This document shows, in pieces, positions 22,047-31,361 of a stretch of DNA of 64,000 nt. The position numbers were made by a program, and so were the translations under genes. The notes below the pieces were generated by a model that was given only the letters and a program-made list of their open reading frames with translations, was not told where the DNA came from and made no database searches. This DNA comes from an uncultured Phycisphaerales bacterium (lineage in GTDB: Bacteria; Planctomycetota; Phycisphaerae; Tepidisphaerales; Tepidisphaeraceae): NCBI GenBank assembly GCA_963758525.1, contig CAVWVQ010000003.1:640001-704000 (forward strand), in the 5' to 3' direction. The stretch's first letter is position 1. The number at the start of each line of letters is the position of its first letter.

Positions 22047-25000
22047 TTAGCAAGTTGTGCGTTGCCGCCGGCGGCGGCGGGCGGCGAGCATGGGCAGGCC
22101 GCCGGCCAGGACCAGCATCGCGGTGCCCGGCTCGGGGGTGGCGTTGTACACCACATCCAGGCTGAACGAACTTCCGCTGACCTCTTCCAGTTCAAGCAGC
22201 GGGGCGCCGCCGCTGCCGTACGCGCTGCCGGTGAAGAGGCTGGGCGGTAGCGTCAAAATGAAGCCGGCCGACGAGGCACCGGCTCCGGCGGTGGCCAGAA
22301 CCGTGGAGTTGCCGGCGCCTGGGGCACTGACATTGCCGGCAAGCGTCTGGAACGACGCGATCTGCCAGGTGTCGTTTTGCGTCGGGTCAAGCGACGCCGC
22401 GGGAGCGGAAGCGGTAACAGTAAAAGGGCTGCCCGTGGTGCTGGTGAGGGTCAGCGTTGGCGTGGTGCCGAGGGTAAGGCTCATGGTGTCCGAGACGCTC
22501 GCGTTCGCCACGCGGGCGGTATAGCCGCCTCCGCCGGCCCAGGTCTGGCCGCCGGTGGTGGCGGATTCTCCAGTCGACCCGCCGTCGTTGACAGCGATGG
22601 CCCCGCCGCTGTTGACGTTGACGGTCCCGGTTCCGAACGGGCTAGAACCGGTTCCACTGAGAGTGCCGCCGGTGACTGTGCTGCCGCCCGTATACGAATT
22701 CGCCGCTGTTAGTATCAGGGTTCCGTTTCCAGTCTTGGTCAGCGTGGAACCAACCGTCGACTCGCCCACGGCAGCCCCGATGGTCAGGCCGTTGGCGGCG
22801 TTGGCCACCGAGGCGTTCAGATTGCTTTTGAGCGTGATCGGCACGTTGATGGCGTTGGAGTTGCCGCTCGCGCTGCTGTCGGCAATGGTCGCCGCGGCGC
22901 TGTTGCCGGTGTTATCAAGGATGATCGATCCGCTGCCGGCGTTGTTGATCGTGTAGTTGTGGCCGGAAACGGCGCTGGAGAACTGAATGCCCTGAATGTT
23001 GCGGGTGCTGTTCAGGGTCACCGTGTTGGCGCCGCTGCCGGTGGCCGCCCCGTCGGCAAACTGGGCGATCGCGCCGGAGGCGACCGTCGCAGGCGCCGAC
23101 GTGGAGCCTGGATCGTAAGCCGTCCAGTCGACGGCGCTGGCCGCGTCCCATGCGTTTCCGCTGGCAGCGCTGTAGGTGTTGGTCGCGAGATAGCCTCCGA
23201 GCACAACGTTGGCGGTGCCGTAGGTGACGGTCATTGAGGACAAGCCATCGGCCAGAACGATGCGAGGGACAGCCGCGGTGCCGGTAGTGTTGGTGTTCGT
23301 GAATGTCCCGGATCGCCCGGCCGCCGCGGTCGTGAGAATGGTGAACGTGTTCGCGCCGGTGGGGGTAAAGCTGTTGATCAACCCCACGCTCAAGGTCCCC
23401 CCCAGTGCCGCATTCCCCGAGACGGCGGTCTGGTCGTAGAAGGCGGCCCCACTCTGGAAGGCAGTTGCCACAGTCGTGCTTCCAAGATCCACGGCATACG
23501 AGGCAGCGCCGGACGTGACGCTGTAGTTGCCGGTGATCGCGGTCTTGCCGCCAGTGCCGATGTCGCCGGGAGCGAGGATGCCACCGCCGTTCGTCAGGGT
23601 GCCGACGTTCCCGGTATAGGCAGCGCCGGACACGGAAGTCAGATTTGCCGCGTTGTAGGTGCCTGCGGCGAGTGTACCCCCGGTCCAAACAAACGCCTGT
23701 TTTGCATTCGCGGCCTGATCGCCCTCGATCGTGCTGCTGACCAGCAATTTCCCGCCGCTGAAGTTGAATGTCGTCGTGCTGGTGCCCGCGGTATCGGCCC
23801 CGAGGTCAATGTAGCCGTTATTGACGGCACTGAGCGTTCCACCGGATAGATTATATGTCGAGGTCTGGGTTGCGGAGGTGCCTCCAAGATTGAACGAAGT
23901 GTATTGAGCCCCATGGAGGATATTGAGCGTGCCTGCGGTCTGCGTTCCGGTGAATTTATTACCGGCGACACCGGTTCCGTTTCCACCGTTATCGCTGTTT
24001 AGCCGCAGGCCATAAGTGGACGTTGTTACGTTGAAGGTTCCCCCCGTGATCAAAAGGGTCTGCCCGGCAACGCTGCCCGTTAGTCCGAGTCGGTCGGCTG
24101 CGTTTGGAACATTGAACGTTCCCCCATCCAGCTCCAAATTCGAGGCAGTATTACGTCCGGTATTGATCGAAACGGTCCCACTCGTCACGTCGACCAGTTG
24201 TCCAGAAGTATTCAGCAAATTGGTGATGGTCGTGTTCCCCGTGCTGTCACCGGCAAAAATGATCGTGGATCCGCTGACGCCGTTTACCGTCCCGATGGTC
24301 GTTACGGAGTTCAGCCCGGCGTTTAACGTGACGGTGCCGGTCGTGCCGTTGTTCGCCGTGATCGTGCCAATATTATAAGCGGTGTTCGCCGCCTGCGTGA
24401 ACGCCAGCGTGCCAGCCCCGGCCTGCACCAGCGTGCCTAGCCCGTTTAACGCCCCGAAGCTCTGAGCGCCCGCGTTGTTAAAAGTCAGGGAGCCATTATT
24501 AACGGTTGTCGTGCCCGTGTAATTGTTGAGCCCCGTCAAGGTCAAGGAACCGTTGGTGCCATTATATTGTGTCTTGGTAATGCCATTCGTGCCGCTAATC
24601 ACGGAGCTGATCGTGGGATTGGCCGCCGTGACGGCAAAAATCCCCTCGGAAGCCCCCAAGGCGATCGTTCCGCCGGTGATGTTCGCTCCTACGATCAAGC
24701 CGGCGGGCGTGGTTCCATTATCCCCGATGTTCAAAGTGCCGGCAAGCGTAATCGCACCGCTGGTGGTCAAGGCATACGCGCTGCTGTTCGCGGGGACGGT
24801 GCCGCTGGCGATAGTGACGATGTTGTTCGCACCGAACGTCGTGGTGGTCGTGGCGTTCACGAAGCCATTCGTCGTACCGTAATTCAGGAAGTTGATGGCA
24901 CCACCACCACCGTTTGCGGAGCCCAGGATATACGCCGGCACCATGCCGTCTGTGACCACAGGCTGTGCACCGCTTGCGCCCGCGATGATGAACTTTTCGG

Positions 25001-27152
25001 CAGTGCCCAGCGCGCTGGGACCGGTAATGAGCAGAACGCCATTGCCAACACGGTTCAGGACTGGGCTGGCATCGGACGCGTTTCCGAATGTGTAAGTCAC
25101 GCCCGTGGCGGAGCCCTTGTTTAGAATGAAGTAGTCGCCGCCGCTGAAGCTGAACTGGCTGTTCAACACCGTGCCACCGGTCAGCGCGACCGTGCCGGAA
25201 GAACCGGCGCCGGGCGTGATGTTCAGGTTGGAGATATTGTTTGAGGCCGCTCCGCTGTTGGTACTCAGGGTGACGCTTCCCGCGCCGAATGGCGTGCCGC
25301 TTGCCAAGGCTCCGGTATAAGTAAGGCCACCTTGGCTGACCGTGGTAACGGCGGTGGTCCCGCCGCTATAGGTATTTGAATTCGTCACATTCAAGACACT
25401 GGAATTTGTCTTCGACAGGGCCAGTGTGCCCCCGCCCGCGCCATCGGCGATCACCCCCGTTATCGTGTTGCCCGCCGCCGAACCGTCAAAATCAAGCGTG
25501 TTGACATTGCCCGCCGTGGCGCTGCCGGTCACCGCACCAAGGGTCAGCGGGGCGCTCGTCGGATTGAAAATGCTCGTTGAATTGCCGGTCGGAGAGAGCG
25601 TTGTGACACCCGCAAATTGTAATTTATAGGTATTGCCGCCGGTCACGCTCAATGTCTGGGCACCGATGCTCAGATTGTTAAATTGGATCGTACCGCCGGT
25701 ATTGGCGCTGCGCTGGTTGACGTCGATCGTGGCGTTCGCTCCGACCACCACGTTGTTTCCCGTTATGCCGTCGCCCGTGATGATCGTCTGCGCACTTCCG
25801 CTACCGTTTGCCCTCAACTGAAGTGTGCCGCCGTTCAGGTTCACCTGCGTCGTGCTCAGTGCCTTGATGAAGTTATTCGTGGCGGGATCCTGCGCTTGAA
25901 GATTTCCCGTTGTCAGCGTGGTCGCGCCGCCATAGGTATTCGCGCCGCTCAGGAGCACCGTGCTTGTCCCACCGGCGGTGCCGGAGAACGCCGCGTCATT
26001 TACCGTAACGCCGCCGCTCATGCTCAGGTTGCCGCTCAACGTCGCGGTTCCGCCGGTGCTTCTATTAGTGAGCTGCACGCCGTTAAACGTCACGCCACCC
26101 AAGCCGCTGACGCCGCCAGTGAAGGTGGGACTGGATGCACCAGCCTGGGCATTATTCGCCCCAAAGCCTGCATCGATCAAATTCACTGCAGCAGAGCTGA
26201 CATTGGTTAGGACGATATTCTGATTGCCTGTGAGGCCCGCGATGCGCGCGGAGGTCAGCGTCCCGAAACTGAGGGTTCCACCCGTTTGATTCAGCGCCTC
26301 ACCCTGCAGGGCATTGGTATTACCCAAGGTCAGCGAGCCGCCGGCGGCTAGCGTCGTCGTGCCTGCGATGACGTTTGCCGCGTTGAGCGAAACCACGCCG
26401 CCGCCGCTGATGCTAAGATTGATGACTCCGCCGAGATTGCCCAATGCTGCGTTATTTCCCTGAATTGCGGCACCGAAGGTAACACCGCCGCCCGTGCCGG
26501 TGATGGCGATCGTCTGCGTCACACCGTTGCCCGTGCCGTTCGCGCCCACAGTGCCATTGAAGGTCAGCAAGCTGGATGAATTATTCGTGAACGTCGTCGT
26601 GTTGCCCGTCGCGGCATTGATGTTCACACCGCCGGCGAAGGACACGGCACCGACGCCCGAGCTCATGGTGATGGCCGTATTGCCAGCCGTACTACCAAGC
26701 GTGAGCGTGCCGCCGTTCGTGAAGCTGAAGATGGCGCCTGTGTCGCCGCCGCCCGTAACGCCGGCGTTGCCTCCGAAGGTGAGGCTGTTGGCCTGAAGGG
26801 CGGTGGTGGTGACGGTAGAAGTGCCGCCGGAAGCGAGAGACGGATCAGCGGTGAATATGGCGTCGTCGCCGGTAACGAAAAATGTCCGCGTTGCTAGGCC
26901 GGTTGAATCGGTATTCCAAACCAAATTCGTCGTCGTCGTATTCCATGTGCCACCCGCCGTGGTGCCGGAGGTAGTGGTCGGTTCCCAGTATTTCGTTGCT
27001 GCTTGCGAAGGGCGAGCGATCAGCGCCGACATAGGCAGGCCAGCGAGCACTGCGGCGGTCCGCAATTTCCGCTGCCGGGCCTGTTTGGCTCGCTGTGCTG
27101 GATTTGCCTTGATATTTTCCGCGACGATCCGATTCCTGGAAATGCCCGTCAT
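22047..27152 (-). CDS. Large PEP-CTERM autotransporter-repeat protein (3), about 1700 aa
   Basis: Start MTGISRNR shared with paralog; many LTKxGxGTLxLxxxNxYxGxT repeats; C-terminal PEP-TM-RRRRR. Confidence 0.92.
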   Translation of the reverse strand: MTGISRNRIVAENIKANPAQRAKQARQRKLRTAAVLAGLPMSALIARPSQAATKYWEPTTTSGTTAGGTWNTTTTNLVWNTDSTGLATRTFFVTGDDAIFTADPSLASGGTSTVTTTALQANSLTFGGNAGVTGGGDTGAIFSFTNGGTLTLGSTAGNTAITMSSGVGAVSFAGGVNINAATGNTTTFTNNSSSLLTFNGTVGANGTGNGVTQTIAITGTGGGVTFGAAIQGNNAALGNLGGVINLSISGGGVVSLNAANVIAGTTTLAAGGSLTLGNTNALQGEALNQTGGTLSFGTLTSARIAGLTGNQNIVLTNVSSAAVNLIDAGFGANNAQAGASSPTFTGGVSGLGGVTFNGVQLTNRSTGGTATLSGNLSMSGGVTVNDAAFSGTAGGTSTVLLSGANTYGGATTLTTGNLQAQDPATNNFIKALSTTQVNLNGGTLQLRANGSGSAQTIITGDGITGNNVVVGANATIDVNQRSANTGGTIQFNNLSIGAQTLSVTGGNTYKLQFAGVTTLSPTGNSTSIFNPTSAPLTLGAVTGSATAGNVNTLDFDGSAAGNTITGVIADGAGGGTLALSKTNSSVLNVTNSNTYSGGTTAVTTVSQGGLTYTGALASGTPFGAGSVTLSTNSGAASNNISNLNITPGAGSSGTVALTGGTVLNSQFSFSGGDYFILNKGSATGVTYTFGNASDASPVLNRVGNGVLLITGPSALGTAEKFIIAGASGAQPVVTDGMVPAYILGSANGGGGAINFLNYGTTNGFVNATTTTTFGANNIVTIASGTVPANSSAYALTTSGAITLAGTLNIGDNGTTPAGLIVGANITGGTIALGASEGIFAVTAANPTISSVISGTNGITKTQYNGTNGSLTLTGLNNYTGTTTVNNGSLTFNNAGAQSFGALNGLGTLVQAGAGTLAFTQAANTAYNIGTITANNGTTGTVTLNAGLNSVTTIGTVNGVSGSTIIFAGDSTGNTTITNLLNTSGQLVDVTSGTVSINTGRNTASNLELDGGTFNVPNAADRLGLTGSVAGQTLLITGGTFNVTTSTYGLRLNSDNGGNGTGVAGNKFTGTQTAGTLNILHGAQYTSFNLGGTSATQTSTYNLSGGTLSAVNNGYIDLGADTAGTSTTTFNFSGGKLLVSSTIEGDQAANAKQAFVWTGGTLAAGTYNAANLTSVSGAAYTGNVGTLTNGGGILAPGDIGTGGKTAITGNYSVTSGAASYAVDLGSTTVATAFQSGAAFYDQTAVSGNAALGGTLSVGLINSFTPTGANTFTILTTAAAGRSGTFTNTNTTGTAAVPRIVLADGLSSMTVTYGTANVVLGGYLATNTYSAASGNAWDAASAVDWTAYDPGSTSAPATVASGAIAQFADGAATGSGANTVTLNSTRNIQGIQFSSAVSGHNYTINNAGSGSIILDNTGNSAAATIADSSASGNSNAINVPITLKSNLNASVANAANGLTIGAAVGESTVGSTLTKTGNGTLILTAANSYTGGSTVTGGTLSGTGSSPFGTGTVNVNSGGAIAVNDGGSTGESATTGGQTWAGGGGYTARVANASVSDTMSLTLGTTPTLTLTSTTGSPFTVTASAPAASLDPTQNDTWQIASFQTLAGNVSAPGAGNSTVLATAGAGASSAGFILTLPPSLFTGSAYGSGGAPLLELEEVSGSSFSLDVVYNATPEPGTAMLVLAGGLPMLAARRRRRQRTTC

Positions 27153-27582
27153 TCTCCGCCTCCGAAAGCTGTCCGCACGCCTCGACCGATAGGATTCACC
27201 AGTCCGACTACACCAAAATCGGCTGATGAAAAGCAACTCTACCATCCGATTGCGTGGGATACAAGATAATTGTTGTGAATTTTTCAAGGTTTTAATTGCA
27301 AAGTGACAGTTAGAAACCGCCCATATAGGCCACTTTTTGCTGCATAATCGAGCAATGTAAGACAGAAATGCCTACGAATCGCTACCGCGAGGTCGGGCGG
27401 CAAAATGAATTTGTCGATATGATGCGTAGCACGAGTTCCCCGGTGAGCCACCCGCCGAACTCTCAGCGTTTGAGTCTGCTTGGAGACGGATTCAGGGACA
27501 CGACCTTGACCAGGCGAGACTTACGACAAAACCCGCACTGCGATAGCCGGTATATGGCTCATCTCGTTTCCATCTTTCCTTC

Positions 27583-29310
27583 ATGAACATCCTTGGACTC
27601 ACCAGCTTTATCCATAACTCCAGCGCGGCACTGGTCGCCGATGGAAACGTGGTCGCCGCCGCGGATGAGGAGCGATTTACCCGCGAGAAATTCACCGGCA
27701 GGTTTCCGCAGCGCGCAGCCGCGTTCTGCCTGGAACAGGCGAAGATTCGGCCGGCGGATGTGGACTGGCTGGCGTTTTACTGGAACCCGTGGCGCGGCAC
27801 GCTGCGCCGAGCGTGGATGATGGCCAGGCATTTGCCGCATTCGCTGGCGTTCTTCGGCCAGCGCGGGGGGGATGGCACCGCCGTCCGCGGAGACTTCAGC
27901 TCATGGCGAAACATGGTGAACGTCTCCCGTGCAACGCGCGACGCGTTCGCCGGCGAGTCGATGCGATTTCGCCGGCGATTTGTCGATCATCACACCGCCC
28001 ACGCGGCCAGTGCGTATTACGTTTCTCCGTGGGAGGACGCGCTGATTCTCTCGCTCGACGGGACCGGCGAGTGGACGACGACATTGATGGCCCGCGGGAG
28101 CGGCAACCGGGTTCAGTCGCTGCGCGAGCTGGCGTACCCGCACTCACTGGGTGCGCTGTATGGAGCGATCACCCAATTCCTCGGCTACCAGATTTATCAG
28201 GATGAGTGGAAGGTGATGGGGCTGGCGGCGTTTGGCTCGCCACGCCGGGCGGCAGACGTACGGCGGCTTATTCGATTTGATGGCGGGGGGTTCCAACTCG
28301 ACTTGAGTTATTTCAACTTTCAGTTGGCGGACAAGGGGTCCTGGTTTGGACCGAGATTTGTGGAACTGTTTGGGCCGCCGCGCCGGGAGGATGAGCCGAT
28401 CGACTCTGAGCGATTTGCCGATCTGGCGGCGTCGTTTCAGCTCGTCACCGAGGAGATCGGCTTGTCGCTGGTGCGCTACCTGCTGCAGGTCGGCGGCGGC
28501 TGCCGCAAGCTCTGCCTGGCCGGTGGCGTAGCACTCAACGCCGTGCTCAATGGAAAGATCCTCGCTGAAACGGACGTGGAGGAGTTGTTCGTGCAGCCGG
28601 CGGCTGGGGATGCGGGGGCGGCGCTGGGCGCGGCGCTGTACGTTCACCATGCCGTGCTGAACGGCGAGCGATCGGCTCCCCTGCGGGATGCATATTTGGG
28701 TCCGGAGTATGATGAGGCGAGCATCGTCGCTGCTCTCAACGAAGCGGGAATCGTCGGAACGAAGGTGGCGGATGTTGGAGAGCATGCTGCCCAGCTATTG
28801 GCGGATGGGAAGGTTGTGGGATGGTTTCAGGGAAGGATGGAGTACGGGCCAAGGGCATTGGGAAACCGTAGTATTCTGGCTGACCCGAGGCGGGCGGACA
28901 TGAAAGGCATTCTCAATGCCAAGGTGAAGTTCCGCGAGGCGTTTCGGCCGTTTGCGCCAGCCGTTCTGGCGGAACATGTGAGCGAGTATTTTGAGGGAGC
29001 CGGATCGTTTCCGTTCATGACCGTGGTCTTGCCGGTGAAGCCGGAGAAACGGTCCGTGATTCCCGCCGTGACGCACCAGGATGGGACCGGGCGGCTGCAG
29101 ACGGTGGAGCGGGCGGTGAATCCCCGGTTCTATGGACTGATCGACGCGTTTCACCGGCGCACCGGTGTGCCGGTGGTGGTGAACACGTCATTCAATCTGC
29201 AGGGCGAGCCGATTGTTTGCACGCCGGAGGATGCGGTGTCAACGTATCGGCGGAGTGGGCTGGATGCGTTGATCATCGGCGATTATGCGTGCGAGAAGGG
29301 GAACTGGTGA
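27583..29310 (+). CDS. NodU/CmcH-family O-carbamoyltransferase
   Basis: HNSSAAL...EERFTREK, HHTAHAASAY, LDGTGE, GGVALN, EYGPRALGNRSIL, NTSFN. Confidence 0.92.
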   Translation: MNILGLTSFIHNSSAALVADGNVVAAADEERFTREKFTGRFPQRAAAFCLEQAKIRPADVDWLAFYWNPWRGTLRRAWMMARHLPHSLAFFGQRGGDGTAVRGDFSSWRNMVNVSRATRDAFAGESMRFRRRFVDHHTAHAASAYYVSPWEDALILSLDGTGEWTTTLMARGSGNRVQSLRELAYPHSLGALYGAITQFLGYQIYQDEWKVMGLAAFGSPRRAADVRRLIRFDGGGFQLDLSYFNFQLADKGSWFGPRFVELFGPPRREDEPIDSERFADLAASFQLVTEEIGLSLVRYLLQVGGGCRKLCLAGGVALNAVLNGKILAETDVEELFVQPAAGDAGAALGAALYVHHAVLNGERSAPLRDAYLGPEYDEASIVAALNEAGIVGTKVADVGEHAAQLLADGKVVGWFQGRMEYGPRALGNRSILADPRRADMKGILNAKVKFREAFRPFAPAVLAEHVSEYFEGAGSFPFMTVVLPVKPEKRSVIPAVTHQDGTGRLQTVERAVNPRFYGLIDAFHRRTGVPVVVNTSFNLQGEPIVCTPEDAVSTYRRSGLDALIIGDYACEKGNW

Positions 29311-29454
29311 TTGGAACGTGGAACGTGACGGTAGAGTAGCGGCGTGAAACGTGAAACGTGAAAACGTGAGGAAAGTCAGCGCCGGAGCAGTCCGGTGGAA
29401 CTCGCCGCCGACATCCGGAGCAGCTTTGTCCTTCGCGGGTGAAAAGAAGAACGG

Positions 29455-31361
29455 GTGAGCCGAAAACAGCAACTTCTTGTAAACGTTGTCGCGCCGTTGC
29501 TGCTCGTCGCGGCTACGACGGCGGCCTATCTGCCGGCCATTCGCGGCGGATATATCTGGGACGATGATTCGTTCGTCACCGACAACGCCATTCTCCAGGG
29601 CGGGCCCGATTCGCTGCGTCGAATCTGGTTGGAATTTCGGGCCACCGATCAATACTACCCGATGGCCTACAGCAGCTTCTGGCTGGAATACCGGCTGTGG
29701 GGATACAACCCGCTCGGCTCACACATCGTCAACGTCCTCCTGCATGTGCTCAACGCGTTGCTCCTGTGGCAACTGCTGCGTGTGCTGAAGGTCCCGGGGG
29801 CGTGGATCGCGGCGTTCGTCTTCGCGCTGCATCCGGTGGAAGTGGAGTCGGTGGCGTGGATCACCGAGCGGAAAAATGTGCTCTCCACGTCGTTCTATTT
29901 CCTCGCGTTCCTGGCGTACCTCCGTTTTTGCCCGCTGCCGGAGGCGCGGCGCGACTGGCGGTTTTACCCGCTGGTGATCCTGCTTTTTTTCTGCGCCTGT
30001 GGAGCAAGACGGTCGCCTGCTCGCTGCCGGCAGCGCTGCTGGTGGTGCATTGGTGGAAGCAGGACCGCGTCCGCTGGCGCGATCTGGCTCCGCTGCTCCC
30101 GCTGCTGGTCATCGGGGCGGGGATGGGCTTTCTGACTGCATGGATGGAGAAGCACGTCATCGGCGCCAAGGGAAACGATTGGTCGCTGACGATGCCGGAT
30201 CGGTTTCTCATCGCCGGCCGGGCGCTGTGGTTCTATCTGGGGAAGCTGATCTGGCCGTCGCCGTTGATCTTCATTTATCCGCGGTGGGACTTGAACCCCG
30301 CCGCGTGGTGGCAATGGGTGTTTCCCGTGGCGGCAGCGGGGCTGCTACTGCTGCTATGGCGCTTGCGTCGCGAGCTTGGCAAAGCGCCGCTGGCGGCATT
30401 GCTGTTTTTTGCGATCACGCTGTTCCCCGCCCTGGGATTCTTCGACGTCTACCCGTTCCGATATTCCTTCGTAGCCGACCATTTTCAGTACCTCGCGAGC
30501 ATGGGGCCGATCGCCCTGGCGGCTGGCGGCATCGCTATGCTCACCGCCCGGGCTACGCGGCACTCTCTCGCTCTCCCGGCCCGCGGCGAGCGTCGCCGAG
30601 CCGCACGACGGACTTCGGCGGCCTCGGTCGAACCGGAGAGGACGGGGGTGAGCGCGATTTCGAGAAACAACGGCATTGGAAATTCTAAATCACCCTCACC
30701 CCAACCCTCTCCCGGAATACCGGGAGAGGGGGCGGAGGGAAACGCTCCGCTGCGCATCGCGGCTAACCGGGACGTCCCACTGCTGGCGGCGATTGTGTGC
30801 ATGCCGGTGCTGGTGATCCTTGGCGCTCTAACCTGGCATCAATGTCTGATGTACTCCGACCTCAAGACGTTCTACCAAACCATCATCGCGGAAAACCCCG
30901 GCTGCTGGATGGCGCACGATAATTTGAGCGTGGTGCTGCTGCAGGAGGGACATGCCGACGATTCGATGAGCCATTCACAACGATCTCTCATGCTCAAGCC
31001 AGACGATGCGACGGCGGACGTGAATCTTGGGAACGCTTTGATTTCCCAGGGGCGTCTTGATGAGGCGATCTGGCAGTATCAGCGGGCGATTGTCGCCCAG
31101 CCGGATTTCCCCGAGGCCGAGAGTGATCTGGGCAACGCGTTGCTTTTCAAGCGAGAATTCGGCAAAGCAGTAACGCACTATGCCCGGGCGATCCAGTTGA
31201 AGGCCGACTATGCTGAGGCGCATAACAACCTTGGTTATGCGCTGATGCAGATGGGCGATCTGGACGAGGCAATTGCTGAATTCAAAAAGGCGCTGTCGCT
31301 TCGGGCGAATTACGCGCAGGCTCGGGAAAACCTGGGGAACGCAATGGCGCGGAGAGGATAA
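29455..31361 (+). CDS. TMTC-like membrane glycosyltransferase with TPR repeats (1); frameshift in a T run near 29985
   Basis: WDD motif, HPVEVESVAWITERK, VADHFQYL, C-terminal TPRs. Confidence 0.85.
30563..30731. repeat. CCCTCTCCC-type REP doublet (degenerate left unit), in frame within the TMTC-like gene
   Basis: CCCTCACCCCAACCCTCTCCCGGAATACCGGGAGAGGG at 30693-30730. Confidence 0.7.
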
